Shown piece by piece: positions 49,936 to 50,210 of a DNA stretch of 50,210 nucleotides; the first letter of the stretch is position 1, and every line of letters starts with the position of its first letter. The notes below the pieces were generated by a model. The model did not search any database and was not told where the DNA came from. It worked only from the letters and a program-made list of their open reading frames with translations. Source of the stretch: Syntrophaceae bacterium CG2_30_58_14. Lineage in GTDB: Bacteria > Desulfobacterota > Syntrophia > Syntrophales > UBA5619. The DNA lies in the NCBI GenBank assembly GCA_001873745.1, contig MNZQ01000162.1:1-50210 (forward strand), given 5' to 3'. The translations under genes were made by a program, and so were the position numbers.

Positions 49936-50210
49936 CTATTTGCCAGAACGCACCGGGAGCGCCCGGAGGTCGCCGGATTTCCACGGGAGAGTCCAGCGTC
50001 GATCGCCAAGACCGAAACCGAAGAAGGCAGCCTCGCTGAAAACATCTTTGCGGTTTTCTGATGCCCAGGGGCAACAAGCAGATAGCTGTATCAATTCCGT
50101 TAAGTGGACATCATAACTCCTTTGTGCTTTATAACTTTTACCTCTGTTATAAAGCTCCGCCAGCTCACCCTGCGTCGGCATCCGCCAGTCCGTATAGCCC
50201 CCCCGCGGTA
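49936..50210 (-). CDS. 3' part of a DUF1566 (Lcl C-terminal domain)-like gene; 5' end beyond the window
   Basis: The frame is open to the window edge. ...GYTDWRMPTQGELAELYN...CCPWASE...EAAFFGFGLGDRRW...LRALPVRSGK resembles the DUF1566 pattern (WRLPT..EL, W.S, vR.VR). Confidence 0.5.
   Translation of the reverse strand, partial: PRGGYTDWRMPTQGELAELYNRGKSYKAQRSYDVHLTELIQLSACCPWASENRKDVFSEAAFFGFGLGDRRWTLPWKSGDLRALPVRSGK

Noticed and set aside
49929-50045. 39-codon N-terminal extension of the methylase ORF (listed 47718..50045)
   Set aside because: It would overlap the 3' end of the DUF1566-like gene (stop at 49936) and reads as low-complexity text. ATG 49928 starts directly at the conserved region.

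Overview
About 57% G+C bacterial chromosome segment (hand counts on sample lines). Its gene content is a sigma-54 two-component pair, an archaeal-type apgM fused to the hom operon, a Re-citrate-synthase-like HMGL enzyme and a GGDG-type PFK. This suggests an anaerobic Deltaproteobacteria/Desulfobacterota-like genome, by inference only. Bases 1-45,500 are mostly core housekeeping. In order: a glycosyltransferase/methyltransferase/lnt envelope cluster, prfB with its classical +1 frameshift, an MltD-like lytic transglycosylase, and ybeY-phoH. Then come an M16 peptidase pair, guaB, dnaE, cbpA, a YfgM-like TPR protein, a thioesterase, apgM-hom, recG, purM-purN and a CrtI-like protein coupled to pfk. 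The block ends with rpmB, recJ, DUF2156 plus GNAT, an NtrC-type regulator plus histidine kinase, comEC, hisS, aspS and an HMGL-Cache fusion enzyme. I recognised no rRNA, tRNA, CRISPR array, transposase or integrase. The only clearly accessory stretch is 45.5-50.2 kb, where every gene is on the minus strand. It holds a DUF1566-like gene fragment, a large DUF1156-type DNA methyltransferase with three zinc ribbons, and a translationally coupled PD-(D/E)XK nuclease broken by a 1-nt frameshift. It also holds the N-terminal stump of a second N6-adenine methyltransferase and a DUF433/DUF5615 toxin-antitoxin cassette that appears to have replaced the rest of that methylase. This decaying methylase-nuclease island is my best candidate for something not yet described. 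A second unexplained signal is a dispersed family of GGGGACACGAT palindromes. One copy sits in frame inside the DUF2156 gene, one encodes the RecJ C-terminal tail, one is tandem after purN, and a relative lies exactly at the truncation point of a radical-SAM gene remnant. All family assignments come from reading motifs by eye; no database search was possible.
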